Source: Botryllus schlosseri (lineage: Eukaryota). From it: a DNA stretch of 64,000 nucleotides. Where the stretch lies: contig CM119372.1 of NCBI GenBank assembly GCA_051294905.1, positions 39,930,001 through 39,994,000 on the forward strand, given 5' to 3'. The position numbers and the translations under genes were made by a program. Below are positions 13,215 to 36,600 of this stretch, piece after piece. How positions within the stretch are numbered: position 1 is the first letter of the stretch; each line of letters begins with the position of its first letter. The notes under the pieces are model-generated. The model did no database searches. It saw only the letters and a list, made by a program, of their open reading frames with translations, and was not told where the DNA came from.

Positions 13215-14936
13215 TAGGGTTACCATATTTCGGGAATCTGAAAAGATGGCACTTCTTCAAAATGTTCCAATACTGGGGTAAAAACCTAAAAAATGGTCCC
13301 GACTTTGTGGTCGGTTGACCAAAAAAAGGTCAGCTTTCCGGATCGACTCCTGACATACCCCTTTCTATGTAGATAATATGCAATACCTAACATGAAAATT
13401 GGAAGTAGTCGAAAGTTACATAATCCTCCTTGAAGTAGCGGAAGTAAACAAAACCTATACTCAACTACTCAACAAAAGTAAAAGTAGGCTACTTACTTCG
13501 TTACTGACCAGTGACCACATATGCATATATAGACGACTGGCCAATTAACTTCACAACATGGTGTGTAATGGTTCCGTATAGTCCAGCATGTAGCCTAACC
13601 CTATCCTATTGTTTACTCGACGCTGGGGTTGCCATACGTCCGAATTTTCTGGGACATGTCTAGAATTACACTGTTCAAACTGCGTCCTTGAGGAAATGCT
13701 GAACTATGCTAAAATGTCCGCAACTTTTGAGGGAGCTCAGAATTTTCCGTAAATCAACATAAACAATATCTTATCTTGGACAAATTTATGGTAGGTTATG
13801 GTAAGATTATTGGCAGACTTCATTCACAAAATTTAACAATCCGATGCATATAGTAAGCCCCCTCCCCCAGAAGTTGCACCGATCAGTGTCTATGGTGTTC
13901 CCCAAACCAGTGTTTTTTTGGGCGAGAGGGTGCTGAGAAAGAATTGTTTCGATCCCTTAAGTTCTTCTTGAAGTAGTTTTGATCTTTGAATCTAGTTTCT
14001 GAAACTTTACTCGACGACTTCTCAGACGTTTCAAATTTTACTGCCACTAAAAGTATAGCTAGTTTTTTGGCATGGGTTGATAATGGATTAGAGACAGGTT
14101 TGAGATCTGCAGTTCTACTTCAACGCAATGCTGACTATACTTGGCGACGTCTGCAACCAAAAATGCGCTCATGAAGCTCGTCTCTAGAGTCTTGTCTCAT
14201 GACTATATACCCATGTTGACCGAAAACTTCCAGTGAAATGATGTTCTGGCGCCGAAATGGTCGCTGCGACTTTCTGAGTCGTCCTAGTCAGATCAACGCA
14301 CCACAAGAATTGCGGTATTACCAAAAGTTACATAGACAGACAGACAGATTCTTTATTCGTACGATGGTTCTTCACACAAATATGTAAAAAAGACAAACAC
14401 AGCGATATGACCACATCAAGATGTGTAGTCTTCAAGTCAGCTGTAGTCAAGGCGTAACGTTAGAACATTTATATCATGCAACTGTCGGTCAGTAACACTT
14501 CAACAAAAGATTAAACAACAAAACGCAAACGCAAAACAGTGGTAGTAGAAAAAAAAACTATATTAGTGTAGGGCTGTCCTCTTTCGAGGATCTGTCCTTT
14601 CCTCTTTTTCAATATATTGAAAGTGTCCTCGGAGGACGCCTAAAAATATCCTCATTTCGGGGGAATTTGCCCTCTTTTTCTTTAAAAAGCAGTATTAAAA
14701 TGCCATCAAAAACTCCACCTCGACGCAGCGAACGTCAGAGTTTCGTAAAAAAAAAATCGGGTAAAACGGAGATTGAGTCGAAGTATTCTAATGACTTTTT
14801 TTATTTTTTAGCCTACACAAGTACTATCGGTCGAAAACTTTTTAAATTAAACATTATCTTTTCCGGTATTAGCTTCCAGAGTGTTTAAAATGTGTTCCCT
14901 TCTTTTTCGGATCTCACAATATGGTACCTAACCCTA
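13215..14936. mobile_element. Composite hAT-like element (TIR TAGGGTTACCATATT) with nested fragments
   Basis: tagggttaccatatt at 13215 pairs with aatatggtacc(taacc)cta near 14920-14936; subterminal GTCC/GGAC motifs. Confidence 0.5.
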
Positions 14937-16187
14937 GTGCGGCCACTAGGCTATTGTACGTGTGGCCTCCGCCTAACGACTTCACTGAAGTGTGGGTTCG
15001 TGTTGGTTACCATACGAAAAGTCGGCCAGAGTAAGGTTGTTCAGTTTGAATAAACCAGGAGTGGCCAACTTTTTTGCTATCCTCGGCAACATTTCGATTA
15101 TTCATGTAGTCTACGCGGCCGCATTCTAGGGCATGGTCGTAATATGAACTAACTGGACGCCAAATACCCATAATAATTACCCTGTACATGTCAATTTCCA
15201 GTGAACTCCGGACTAATCTATTTATTCATATCGGCCGACTATACGCACCGAAATCGCAAGTCGTCACGTTATGAACTGAGTCTGGATTCGTTGCGGTCGC
15301 GCCGTGCGCGAGAATTTTTCAAATTCACAAGGTAATTTCGTCATTAATGTCAGTAGTTTTACATATCGCTATCAAACATTTTCCTTTCTCAGCGTCTGTG
15401 ATCATATTCACCGGTAGAGTTTATGGAGGCCCGCGGGTGTTATCGAAAATTCAGGACAACTTACAAAAGATGATAGAACTTCGGGTTGACCAATCCTCAA
15501 GATTACCGGACCACGACTGTCCTATCGATCTCGCTTCCCATGACATGCCGCCCTATTTCTTGTCGCTTTCTTTTTCCATACCATCTACTTTACTTTCATT
15601 CAGTGTGCATGCCTCCTCTTTACATCGCCTAGGCCAAGGTGGGTGTCAGATTCCATAGACTACTACTTGTCGCTTCGACATCACCTGTCTTTTCATTGTA
15701 TCGCATTTTCTGTGGTGTATTGAACTGATAAAATTGCTAATAAACCAATGATGATGATGACTTTGTTGCATGCTGCTATTTCTCGACCTCCCATATGCAT
15801 TGTCGGTATAGTGGAAAGATATTGCAATCGCCCAAACGTAGGCTACCATAAACAAATTTCTTTCGTGAGGAACACACGATTTCATGTTGCTGTTGGGCAA
15901 ATCATTTTCCTCTGCTATTCATATCTGTATCGCGGGACTCAGATTGCAAAGGGCGCTAATATACTAAAATCGAAAGTATGAAGTGAAGATGAATCGCGCG
16001 CAGCGCGAAGAAATTTACAAGATTAATTAGTATATTATCTCTCAAAAATGCGGGAGTCAATTCGTGAATTCGAATTGGCTGTCGACGGCCGCCAACACAT
16101 ACTAATTGAATTACGTATCCACGGCCGCACAAATTTCCGTCTACAACCGCAAGGTTATAGCCACCCCTTGAATAAACCATCCCATGC

Positions 16188-16197
16188 CCATATTAGG
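16188..16197 (+). promoter_or_regulatory. CArG box (SRF site) upstream of actin
   Basis: CCATATTAGG fits CC(A/T)6GG, about 190 bp before the actin ATG; TTACGTCA and CACGTG motifs lie between it and the ATG. Confidence 0.6.
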
Positions 16198-16371
16198 TAA
16201 TAAGAAAAAAGCGATCCTAGTTGCGAAAGCAGCCATCGTGCTAGAACCGAGTCAAACATCTCTATTACGTCACAATGTTCAAAGTCACGTGCGCACAGTG
16301 AGATTCCAAGCCTGTCTCTTGCTACCGTTGCTTGGTGTGCTCTGTATTCTTCGGCCTATATATCTTGTTAA

Positions 16372-27064
<10,693 letters not shown>

Positions 27065-28907
27065 GATGCGAATACTGTTCAGTGTACAGTGCACAGTGAT
27101 CGTATACCACGTGTTGCAGTCGGTTGAGTGTTGGTCGTTTGTTGGCAGTTGAAAAGTGATTTTTTATTATTCTGGGATATTTGTATTCTTGAGTCAACAT
27201 GATACCGAGTTATTTGCGTCTTTGCAGCTTACAGAATTAGAGAGGGCCAGATGTCAGTAACGTTCAGAGCTGATCAAGGAGTCATCTTTGCTACTCAGCT
27301 AGAAGATGAAATGCTGTAAACCAGTCTTGGACGACGAGAAAATTTCCACCTTTTCTGGATTAGAATTACTGAGATAGTTGAGGGCATGACGGTAAACAAG
27401 CCTGTACCAAATACCTCGCTTTCTTCGGCGTTCTGTTTGTGATCGAAAATAAAGCTTGTTCGCAGACTACAAGCTATTATTCGTCCCTATGACTACGTTG
27501 TAAGAAATGCTGTGGCGGCGTAGCATTGGATTTCTCTGCTCGGGAGGGGTATTCCTTTTGTGTTGTTGCTAACTGCCAGGGACAAAGACATTTTCAGGAA
27601 AACAACAAATTGGATCAAAATTAGAGCATAGAACCATTTCACTAGTGTTAGATTACTGGCATTTTGCTTCATTTAATATAGCTAGACATATGGTTGCTAC
27701 TCTAGTAGAAGTATAATGCCATAAATTTCTACTTGATAAAAAGTAGAAGTGGCGGTTTCGAAGACGCTTCAAAAATACTCCAAGTAGAAGCAGAACATGA
27801 AGATTTGGAAAGTACACAAGCAAGTGTTGTTGAAAAAAGTTTGCATTAATGCCACTCAGAAGTAGCTATTTCCAAGTCGGTATTCCAGGCTTAGACTCTG
27901 TCAAGCAGAAGTAGTCTATCACCTGAGGAATCAGTGCAAGCAGAAATACTTCATTACTGCCACCTACAGCAACAAAGTAGCCTATTTGTGCTTTGTCGGA
28001 GAACGGCGACTACATTGACCACCCCCTAAATTGGCTTGGATTGAAAATGATACCTTACTGCATTTCACGCGAATCGAGGATCTCCTAGTTTTAGGTTGAT
28101 GAAAAGACAATTTAGGGCTATTTCTAAGTATCCCAGAACAAGCTTTGCGTACTTCAAATACAGAGTCAACCGAAACGTAACACGATCAATATCAAAGGCT
28201 TCTGGTCATCAACTCTCGAAAGCCATGGAAACCCGACAAGGCTAACCAGCTCTAAGCCAAGCAATCATGCAGGCGCCGGAATACTTTTATCTGCACTGGC
28301 GAGATGCAATAACAAATGCACCAGACAGAGTTAAACAACTAAAAAAAAATCAGCTTTTCCAAATTAGATGAAAATTTGAGTCACACCTATACAGATTTTA
28401 TTTTTGTAATTGGATCAGTATGAGAATTATAGCTACACACTTTTTACCAACGTAGATTAAAATTATGTTGTTCGAAATTCGCAAAAATTGAATCCAATTC
28501 TGAATTAGAAACAAAATAAGAAAGAAGTAGGCCTCAACAAAAATCATGTTCAAATCACAAATCGAATCCTCATAAGCATGAGAAAGGCAAATGTTCGTGC
28601 ACCAAGCTTGGCTCGTCTCCTTCTATAAAGTTTTCCTCTAGCATTTTGAGGGAAACCAGAAATTGGACTAGAATTAAAATGAGAGCATAGAAACATTTCA
28701 CAAATTAGATTACAATTACATTACCGGTATTTCGCTCTAATTAGTTCAATAAGACGACTGGAATCATCTAGATGTCCAAGTTTAGGAGCAGATATATCTA
28801 TCAGGGACAATGAATTCAAATTAGCACGAATCTAAAATCCTGGGTTTGAGTAACCGCATGTTAGTAATCTGAGAGGTCAGAGATAATATCGCAAGTTCAT
28901 GCTATAT

Positions 28908-29557
28908 TATAGATTACTAACCTACGGATAGATACGCAGGTCCCGTCGTTACGCTCCGGCAAGCAGTTACACTTACTGCTGAGCAATCTAAAAGCAGCAT
29001 AATTGGTGGTGTTATAACTTGCGACCCGAGGGGTGGAATTTAATGAAACTGGTCTTAATCGAGAGCTACTGTCGCACTGTTTCTGAGAATACAAATTAGA
29101 ATCTTGTCGGGGATATAGAACCACCTCAAAACAGCCCTCAAAATCTGAAAATCGGCATTGTTCGAACAATGGCACCACCGCAAAACGATGAACATAACCA
29201 TGGCAATTTCGTCAATCGATTGTTCAGAACGATGCCAATTTTCAGACTTTGGGGGATGTTTTGACGTAGTTCCATTTCCCTGACATGATTTTAATTTGTA
29301 TTCTCAGAATCAGTGCGACAGTAGCTCTCGATTAAGACCAGTTTCATTAAGTTTCACCACTCGGGTCGCAAGTTAAAACACTACCAATTATAGCTGGTTC
29401 GTGGTACAGAACTTGAATATAGCTTTCAATACAATATCCATTGCAGAATAATATTTATTAACTCGAACTGCTTTTAGATTGCTCAGCAGTAAGTGTAACT
29501 GCTTGCCGGAGCGTAACGACGGGACCTGCGTATCTATCCGCAGGTTAGTAATCTATA
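28908..29557. mobile_element. Fold-back element with long nested inverted repeats and a 7-bp TSD
   Basis: ~90-bp near-perfect outer IR (TATAGATTACTAACC...), ~170-bp inner IR, flanked by gctatat/gctatat. Confidence 0.85.
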
Positions 29558-29871
29558 GCTATATACGACACTTTGTTCGTCAATTGCATGCATGAATAGT
29601 TGTGAATGAATTGTCTGTCCAGTCCTGGTGAGAATGGCATGTTCAAGAGTGGTATTTCGAATGTCCGATGATTCTTCAACAGCGGTCTTTGTTCTTCGCA
29701 CGCGATGTCCTCGTTTCAGTCTATAAACAGAGGTGTGAGGTCTCGTCTCATTTTGTCACAAGCGAAGTTTTGTTTTTGTGGTATTCATGGTGTTTGTCGA
29801 CTACAATGGCCATATACACCAAGCCGACAATCTTTATTTTTTTTATTCCGTAGCTGCCAACTTGTAGCACG

Positions 29872-30145
29872 TGTGGCGAGATAGCGCAGTGGTATAATCC
29901 GCGGCTGCAACACCAATGGGTGCGGGTTCGAGTCCGACCGAGGTCGACTTCCGAATTCCGACACCTAAATGTTGGAGGTTTACCTAGGCTCCTCCTCGCC
30001 ACCTCATCCGCGTCAGCGGTGTATTACAAAAAGCCTAGAGGTGAGCCGTGCTATAAGTCGGCAGTTACGGAAAATAAGAAGAATATCGGCCTGGTGTAAA
30101 TGACCATAGTAGTCGACAAACACCATGAATACCCCAAAAACAAAA
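29872..30145 (+). mobile_element. tRNA-derived SINE (A box TAGCGCAGTGG, B box GGTTCGAGTCC) inserted into an inverted copy of the same family (~29757..30290)
   Basis: 13-bp TSD aacttgtagcacg at 29859-29871 and 30146-30158; flanks reverse-complement to the same body and tail. Confidence 0.85.
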
Positions 30146-30306
30146 AACTTGTAGCACGGCCTACTTGTAGTCTTTTTTAAGACACCGTTTACACGGATCA
30201 CGTGGCGAGGGAAGCCGAGATAAACCTCGCACACTTAGATAGGAATTCTGTCGCACTCGAACCCGACACCCATTGGTATTGCAGCTGTGCAAAAATATAT
30301 ATATAT

Positions 30307-30636
30307 TTTTAATTTTACTGGCTACTTGATAAAATAGTTAGGTGGCCTAAAAAGACGCTGCACACCAAATTTGGCACAGTTCCGACGAGCGTACGCGCAG
30401 TTATTGCAGTGCAAAATTTCGGATTTAAAAAATAGTATGTACCGTGGCAAATTTATAGATCGTTTTTTTTTTATTTTATTATAGACCTATACCCAGAGTA
30501 AATACTATTTTTACAAATGCAAACTTATCAAATGCAATAACTTCGCTTCCGCTGGTTGGAGTTGTGCTAAATTCTGTGTACTCACCGTTTTTCTAGACAA
30601 CCTAACAATTTCATAGGGTAGCCAGTAAAATTAGAA
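30307..30636. mobile_element. Palindromic MITE (AATTTTACTGGCTAC...GTAGCCAGTAAAATT)
   Basis: Imperfect ~100-bp inverted arms. Confidence 0.6.
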
Positions 30637-32151
30637 CCATATTTATAGTTATTTTTATTTAATAAATAGCTCTATTGTGCAGTCACTGCCGCAAATACAT
30701 CTTTATTGAAGTGACTAACAAACTCAACATTAGGGTAAAATTTCTAATTTTCTAACATCAAACTGAAATGTTTCCAGATCCCGGAGTACTTCAAACTGGG
30801 GCGCATTGACCTCCTAGGGGTCCATTGACCTCTTAGGGGTCCGTGAACTAGTTTCAAGGGGTCTGCTAGTGTTGAAACTACACGACTAGATTTTCCTTAT
30901 TTCTAAGCAAATATCTGTATTTTTGTCAGTGCTCACCACAGGTCACAAGCAGAGGGGGTTAAAGTAGTCATTAGTAGTAGAAGTGAAGGTAACGAAAACG
31001 TGTACTCAAGTACAAGTAAAAGCACCGATTCCCGATGAGTAAAGTATGCTAGGTAGCGTTGCATTTAAAACAAAAATCAATTAAAAACAAACATGTTTAG
31101 AACAAGGCCCTAATTTAAAACATGTTTTTTATGGTTGTTTTTCAAGCCATTGCTTCACGAATATTCAATCGTGACGTCATCATGGAATGACATTGACAAT
31201 TGAAAATAGACGGTAAATATAGCTCCTATGACGAAATGTCTGTACTATAATAACTGTTGAACCGACTATTTTGTGGGTTCCAACCATCCCCTATCGATAT
31301 ACGTCGGCTAAATAGTCTCATGCAACATGTTTTTTGAAAAGTATTTACACAATTATGGCATAATTTTACAACTTGAAAAAACACATTTTTTTATACGCCT
31401 TTGTTTTAAACAAAGTGTTTTAAATGCTAAGCCTAGTTTTGCCTAGAAAACTGAGAACTGTCAAGTAAACGTAGAAGCAGTCTAAGATCATAACCAGTTC
31501 AGGAAATAGTGCAAAATCTTCGTGACGTACTTCGACAAGCAGACATAGACCTACTTCGTTCCTAACCACAGCTTGTAATTATACATTGAACATAAATACG
31601 AGACTATAACGGCGTGGCAGTACTAGTCAATATTTCACACGCGAAACTGGTAATTGTTTTATTATTTAATTATAATGAGAAACCACATTTGTCTACTTGG
31701 AAGAGAAGTAGAAGTACTTCGTTACTGACCACCTCTGGTCTCAATAACCATGCGGATGTCACGAGCACGAATAAATGTAGCCTTCTCCAACCTGTAATCA
31801 GACCGTAGCGAGGAGAGGGAAACAGTGATGACTGTATGTTAGTCATCAAATTTCCAAATTTCGTGGCTGGGCTAATGTCATACATTCTTGATGCACGACA
31901 ACGGTAGTTAGCCTGGCTATGAAGCTGAAAAATGAATACACTATCGATGCAACCACTAATGGAGATAATTAGAGGTTCACACTCGAAAACGTCTGAGAGT
32001 CATTGATTCGGTAAAAAGCGATGAGGTCAATCAGCGTGTTGTTTCGTCCGCATTCTGCAGTTTCATCATTATCATTGCAACTGCGTCATTAGTCGTTATG
32101 AGTTGGAAATTTAGGTTATTATGAAGCGACAAGAAGAAGGGGGTCTGCACT

Positions 32152-32223
32152 TATAAAGGCAAGCTGACAACGGAACATGTCAGAGCAGCGATTCACTAAC
32201 TGCGGGGAGTGAAAGCGTCTGAG
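32152..32223 (+). promoter_or_regulatory. Putative TATA box, initiator and short non-coding first exon of the ficolin-like gene
   Basis: TATAAA at 32152, TCAG about 30 nt downstream, donor GAG|GTGAGG at 32223/32224; the ATG at 33319 is directly preceded by a pyrimidine tract and AG. Confidence 0.45.
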
Positions 32224-32743
32224 GTGAGGCGCGAAACCGCCCGAGAGAAATGTTTCATGCGCTCGAAATGAGTTTAAATTATGTTGAAACTTCCAAGTTT
32301 CCACAATAGCAGTAATCCTATTTAAATGTCTAAATTGCGTCGTACCAGGGTGAGGCCTTCGATGTCACCCAGAATTTTTACAGAAGTGTGTTGAACCCGA
32401 CTTGAACTCGATAGTGAACAGTAAATAGTATGACTCGGACTCTAGTCCCAACACAATTACTCGGACTTGACGCATTGCTCCGTAATTTGGACTCGGACTG
32501 ACCCGTCGGTGAATTGAAAATGACTCGACTTGACTTGAGTCAAAACTGCAAAAGTGAATTTGACTTGTGACTCGGAACCTTGTGACTTGATTACAACTCT
32601 GACCATGATCTTGGCCGATTCTATTACGGCCAAGCGGTGTGGTCGGCGCATCATATGGGAATCGCTGGGCGCACAGGTTTTTCCGGAGTCACATAGAATG
32701 GCATTGCAACAACGGAAATGAATGATCACAGATCACTGTAGAG

Positions 32744-33244
32744 CAGGGGCGGGCAACTTCTCCGGTTGCCAGGCCTGATATGGTAAAATGAAATACTTGG
32801 TCGGCAGGATTCCTGAAATCGATACATTAATCGCGTATACTACTGTACAAGGAATTACTCGTATTTAGTGTAAACTTCAACTTTCATAAGCATAGAGACC
32901 AAAACAGTATTTAACGGATATACTAACGTAATGTAGGCTACTTCAATACCTGTTGAAGCCAATGAGGCATCTGTGGTCGATCAAAGTTGTCAACAAGTTC
33001 TTAGAACTCCGAGTGCATGTCGGACGTAGCAACCTTTAGTAATGAATGCACGTGAACATCAGTTATATAGCAAAGCACTTTCGTCTCATTTATGTTCATC
33101 GTCGAAAAGATTTGCTCGCAAATGTATGTAGACTCGAACACAACAAATATTTTATGGCCATCTTTGTCAGGTTGGACACGTTAGACCGGGAACTGTCTGC
33201 GGGCCGCCCTAAACGCCGTCGGGAGCAGTATATTGCCCGACCTG
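32744..33244. mobile_element. Non-autonomous hAT element (TIR CAGGGGCGGGCAA)
   Basis: Exact 8-bp TSD ctgtagag. Confidence 0.85.
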
Positions 33245-33318
33245 CTGTAGAGTGTAGGGAGTTTCGAATAATTCTCTCACTTCTGACTTCTCATCTTTTG
33301 CGTCCGTTGTAAAATTAG

Positions 33319-33652
33319 ATGCAATTCCTGGTTCCTTTCGTGCTGTTTTGTATTGTCCTCGACACATCAGCAACGTGGGCCACAAACGTTCAATCGTCGC
33401 CTTTCAAGGGAATTGTTTGCAACCAGTGCCAACAATGGTGCGATAATATGTATACGGTGACAGTGGGGAGTACGAGAATCGGTAAAGCTGGCCCTCAGGG
33501 AGCTCCCGGGGCCCCTGGCCCACAGGGCCCAGTGGGTAGATCAGGTGACATTGGACCGCGTGGCAAAGATGGGGTAGTGGGACCAAGAGGCCCTAGCGGG
33601 GTCGTTAACATGACTCTGATCGAGCAAAGCATCGACAGAAAAATCAAGGAAG
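33319..33652 (+). CDS. Ficolin-like exon: signal peptide + collagen domain
   Basis: ORF 33319..33708; donor G|gtaaga. Confidence 0.92.
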
Positions 33653-36600
33653 GTAAGATTTCAATCGCTGTCATTCGTCGATTGATGTTTATGAAATGGA
33701 TATCATGATTTCTAGCTCTTCAAATGTTCTCCTTGAGAAGTTGTCATGGCGCCAAATTAGAATCAGCATTGGCACGTAATGACTCGGGTGGTGTCTTCAA
33801 ATTGTTCATCCCAACACTTGGATTTAAGGACGTATTCTGTGACATAACTGGCGAGGGAGAAAACTGGACCGTAAGTTGAATCAAGACTGCAATGACTCGA
33901 GTCGTCGTGATTTTTTGGTGACTCGACTTGACTCCAGTCATTTTCTTCAAATACGGAAAATGACTCGACTCGACTTGAGTCAATTTGTGTATTGACTCGA
34001 CGTGTACTCGTGCCATTTATAATGCGCATGACTCGACCAAGTCATATGACTCGAGACTCGGACGGTCAATACCGACATTTCATTATAATTTCGAAGAATA
34101 GTAAAATCAAAATATTATTGGTATTTCGTCTATCAGGACCTGTAATTGAAAAACAGGGTCAGAATTCAGAAACTGTTAAAAGTGAGGAATGTGGTATATG
34201 ACGAATGCGATGATTTCGAGATCACCCAGTAGAGTAGGAAAAAGTAAGTTAAACATGACTTGATCTCGAATCTGAACAGTGAACACAATGATTTGAACTC
34301 GAACTTGAGTCTCAACACTATGACTCGGACTCAACCCTCTGCTCCTGACCTGACTCGGTGGTGAATTGAAAACGACTCGACTTGACTCGTGTCAAAACCA
34401 AAAGAGTGAGATTGATTTGTGACTCGGAATTTTTTGACTTGGTTACAACCCTGAATTGATTGGATGATTTTTTGTAGAATAATGATCTTTATTTCCGGTT
34501 CTAAAGGTTTTTCAGCGGAGGATGAACGGAAAAGTTGATTTCTTCCGAGGTTGGGTAGATTACATGGAAGGATTTGGTGATTTGCAAGAAGAGTTTTGGC
34601 TGGGTATGACTAAGTATATAACTTTTTTCGTTGCTGCTAATATATTGCTTTCGAGCCTGTTTTATCTCATGAATTGCGCTTGTATATCGATGACTCTACA
34701 AGACACTCAATCAATTAATTATTCTATAAACATATACGTAGTTTATGACAGTGGTTCCAAACCTTTACTAACCGGGGCAACCTTCAAATCTTTTGGAAAA
34801 TTAAAATTTTCTATGAGCCATAATAACAAAAATCTACTACATTAGTCTTGTTCATAAATGAACTGTCCTCAAACAGAGTTTGAAAAGAACATTACCATGA
34901 AATATTATTTTCACACAAAACGAAAACATAATAACGAAAATGACGCTTTGGTTACCGTAAGTCAGTGTCTCCCAAACATTTTTGAGCCACCGCCCCCTGG
35001 ACAACGAATAAAGTACCAGCGCCCCCGACCCCCCTCACCACGCCTAAATCAAATAAATGTTGTTTTGCATTTATTACAGCTAATAACGAGTCGGTTCAAG
35101 CGGGTGTATCATTATTATTATCATCATCCTCGTCATATTGGGTTTGAGTTTTGATAAGAGCAATCTCCAGGGTTGAAATGACTCGAGTTTGACTCGAGTC
35201 ACGATTTTATGATGAATCGACTTGACTCGAGTCATTTTCTCAAAATACGGTAATGACTCGACTCGAGTCAATCTGTGTATTGACTCGACTTGGACTCGAG
35301 TCATTGCGCATGATTCGAACCAAGTCATATGACTCGAGACTCAGACGACCAGACCGACATTTCGAAGAATAGTGAAGTAACCACACTGTTGGAATTTCGT
35401 CTATTGGTACTGGTACTTGAAAATGCGATCAGAAACTGCTAAACGTTAGGAAAATTAGTATATTATAAATGCGAACCATTCGATATCACCAAACAGAGTT
35501 ATAAAAAGTGAATTTAACTAGACTTTAACCGGAAAATGGTCAGTCAACACAATGACTTGGACTTGACTCGAGTCATAATACCATGACTCGGACTCGGCCC
35601 TCTGCTCGCTGACTTGGACTCGGACTTGACTCGGTGGTGAATTGAAAATGACTCGACTTGATTCGAGTCAAAACTATAAAAGTGAGATTGACTTGTGACT
35701 CGGAGCCTTGTGACTTGGTTACCACCCTGCCAATCTCATTCTGAAATCTCCGGTCTCCACGTCCGGTACTGTCAAGTCGGTTTCTGCTGTGAGTCGGACA
35801 CCTTGTGTGAGTGTCATATTCTATCAAATATGAGCGGGGAAGGCAACGACAAAATGTCAACCCGACTCCAGTGAGAGTATTTTTATTTGATTTAATTGTG
35901 CATCCAGGACGATTGATTCGAGATATTAAACTTCAGTTAGAACTCAAACTTGTTCTACCAACACTACAATGCAATCAGCCCTTAGATCATTTCATGCTAG
36001 AAAACTTTACAGAATGTATTGCTAATACGGTAAGGAATTTCTCATTGTAATATATCCCGGAATCGAGCCACCATATATCCTTGTGCAGTTTTCTAAGATG
36101 ATTGATTTATGCTTCTCCGTCAAAATCGGGTATTCGAGCAGGGCCGGTAGCTCATGCAAGCATGATAATAATTGGAACATGCAGTTCACGTCTCGCAAAA
36201 TTTCGGTGAAATATCACGGGCTTAGCACTGAATCCGGACAGTGCCGTTCTTGTCTTTATCAGATTTCATTATTACCAAAAACGGAAATATTCTACTCATA
36301 AATTTTGGAGAATATGCCCGTCAAGTAGGCCTAGAAGGGACATCGCATCTCGCAACCAGAACGTCGTGTCGAAGGCCTCGGCGGCACCACTGTGGATAAT
36401 CCACAATCGTTTGACGCAGAGATTAAAATCACAAAACGCAGTTTATCTCAAAAAGCCATCACACCTTGTAGTAAGCAATAACTGCTCAAATACTTTGTAG
36501 TTCTCACAGCACACAATGAACCACGCTTTCTAGGGATTCTGACGACTGCTAAATTAGTCTATTGATGGGAACGATCAACATTGTCAAGTAACAATGGCTG

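Noticed and set aside
29874..29950. tRNA-Cys-like sequence (also tRNA-like heads at 37987, 45823 and ~37535)
   Set aside because: A and B boxes are present but there is no proper acceptor stem; the 29874 and 37987 heads run into SINE bodies with tails and TSDs.
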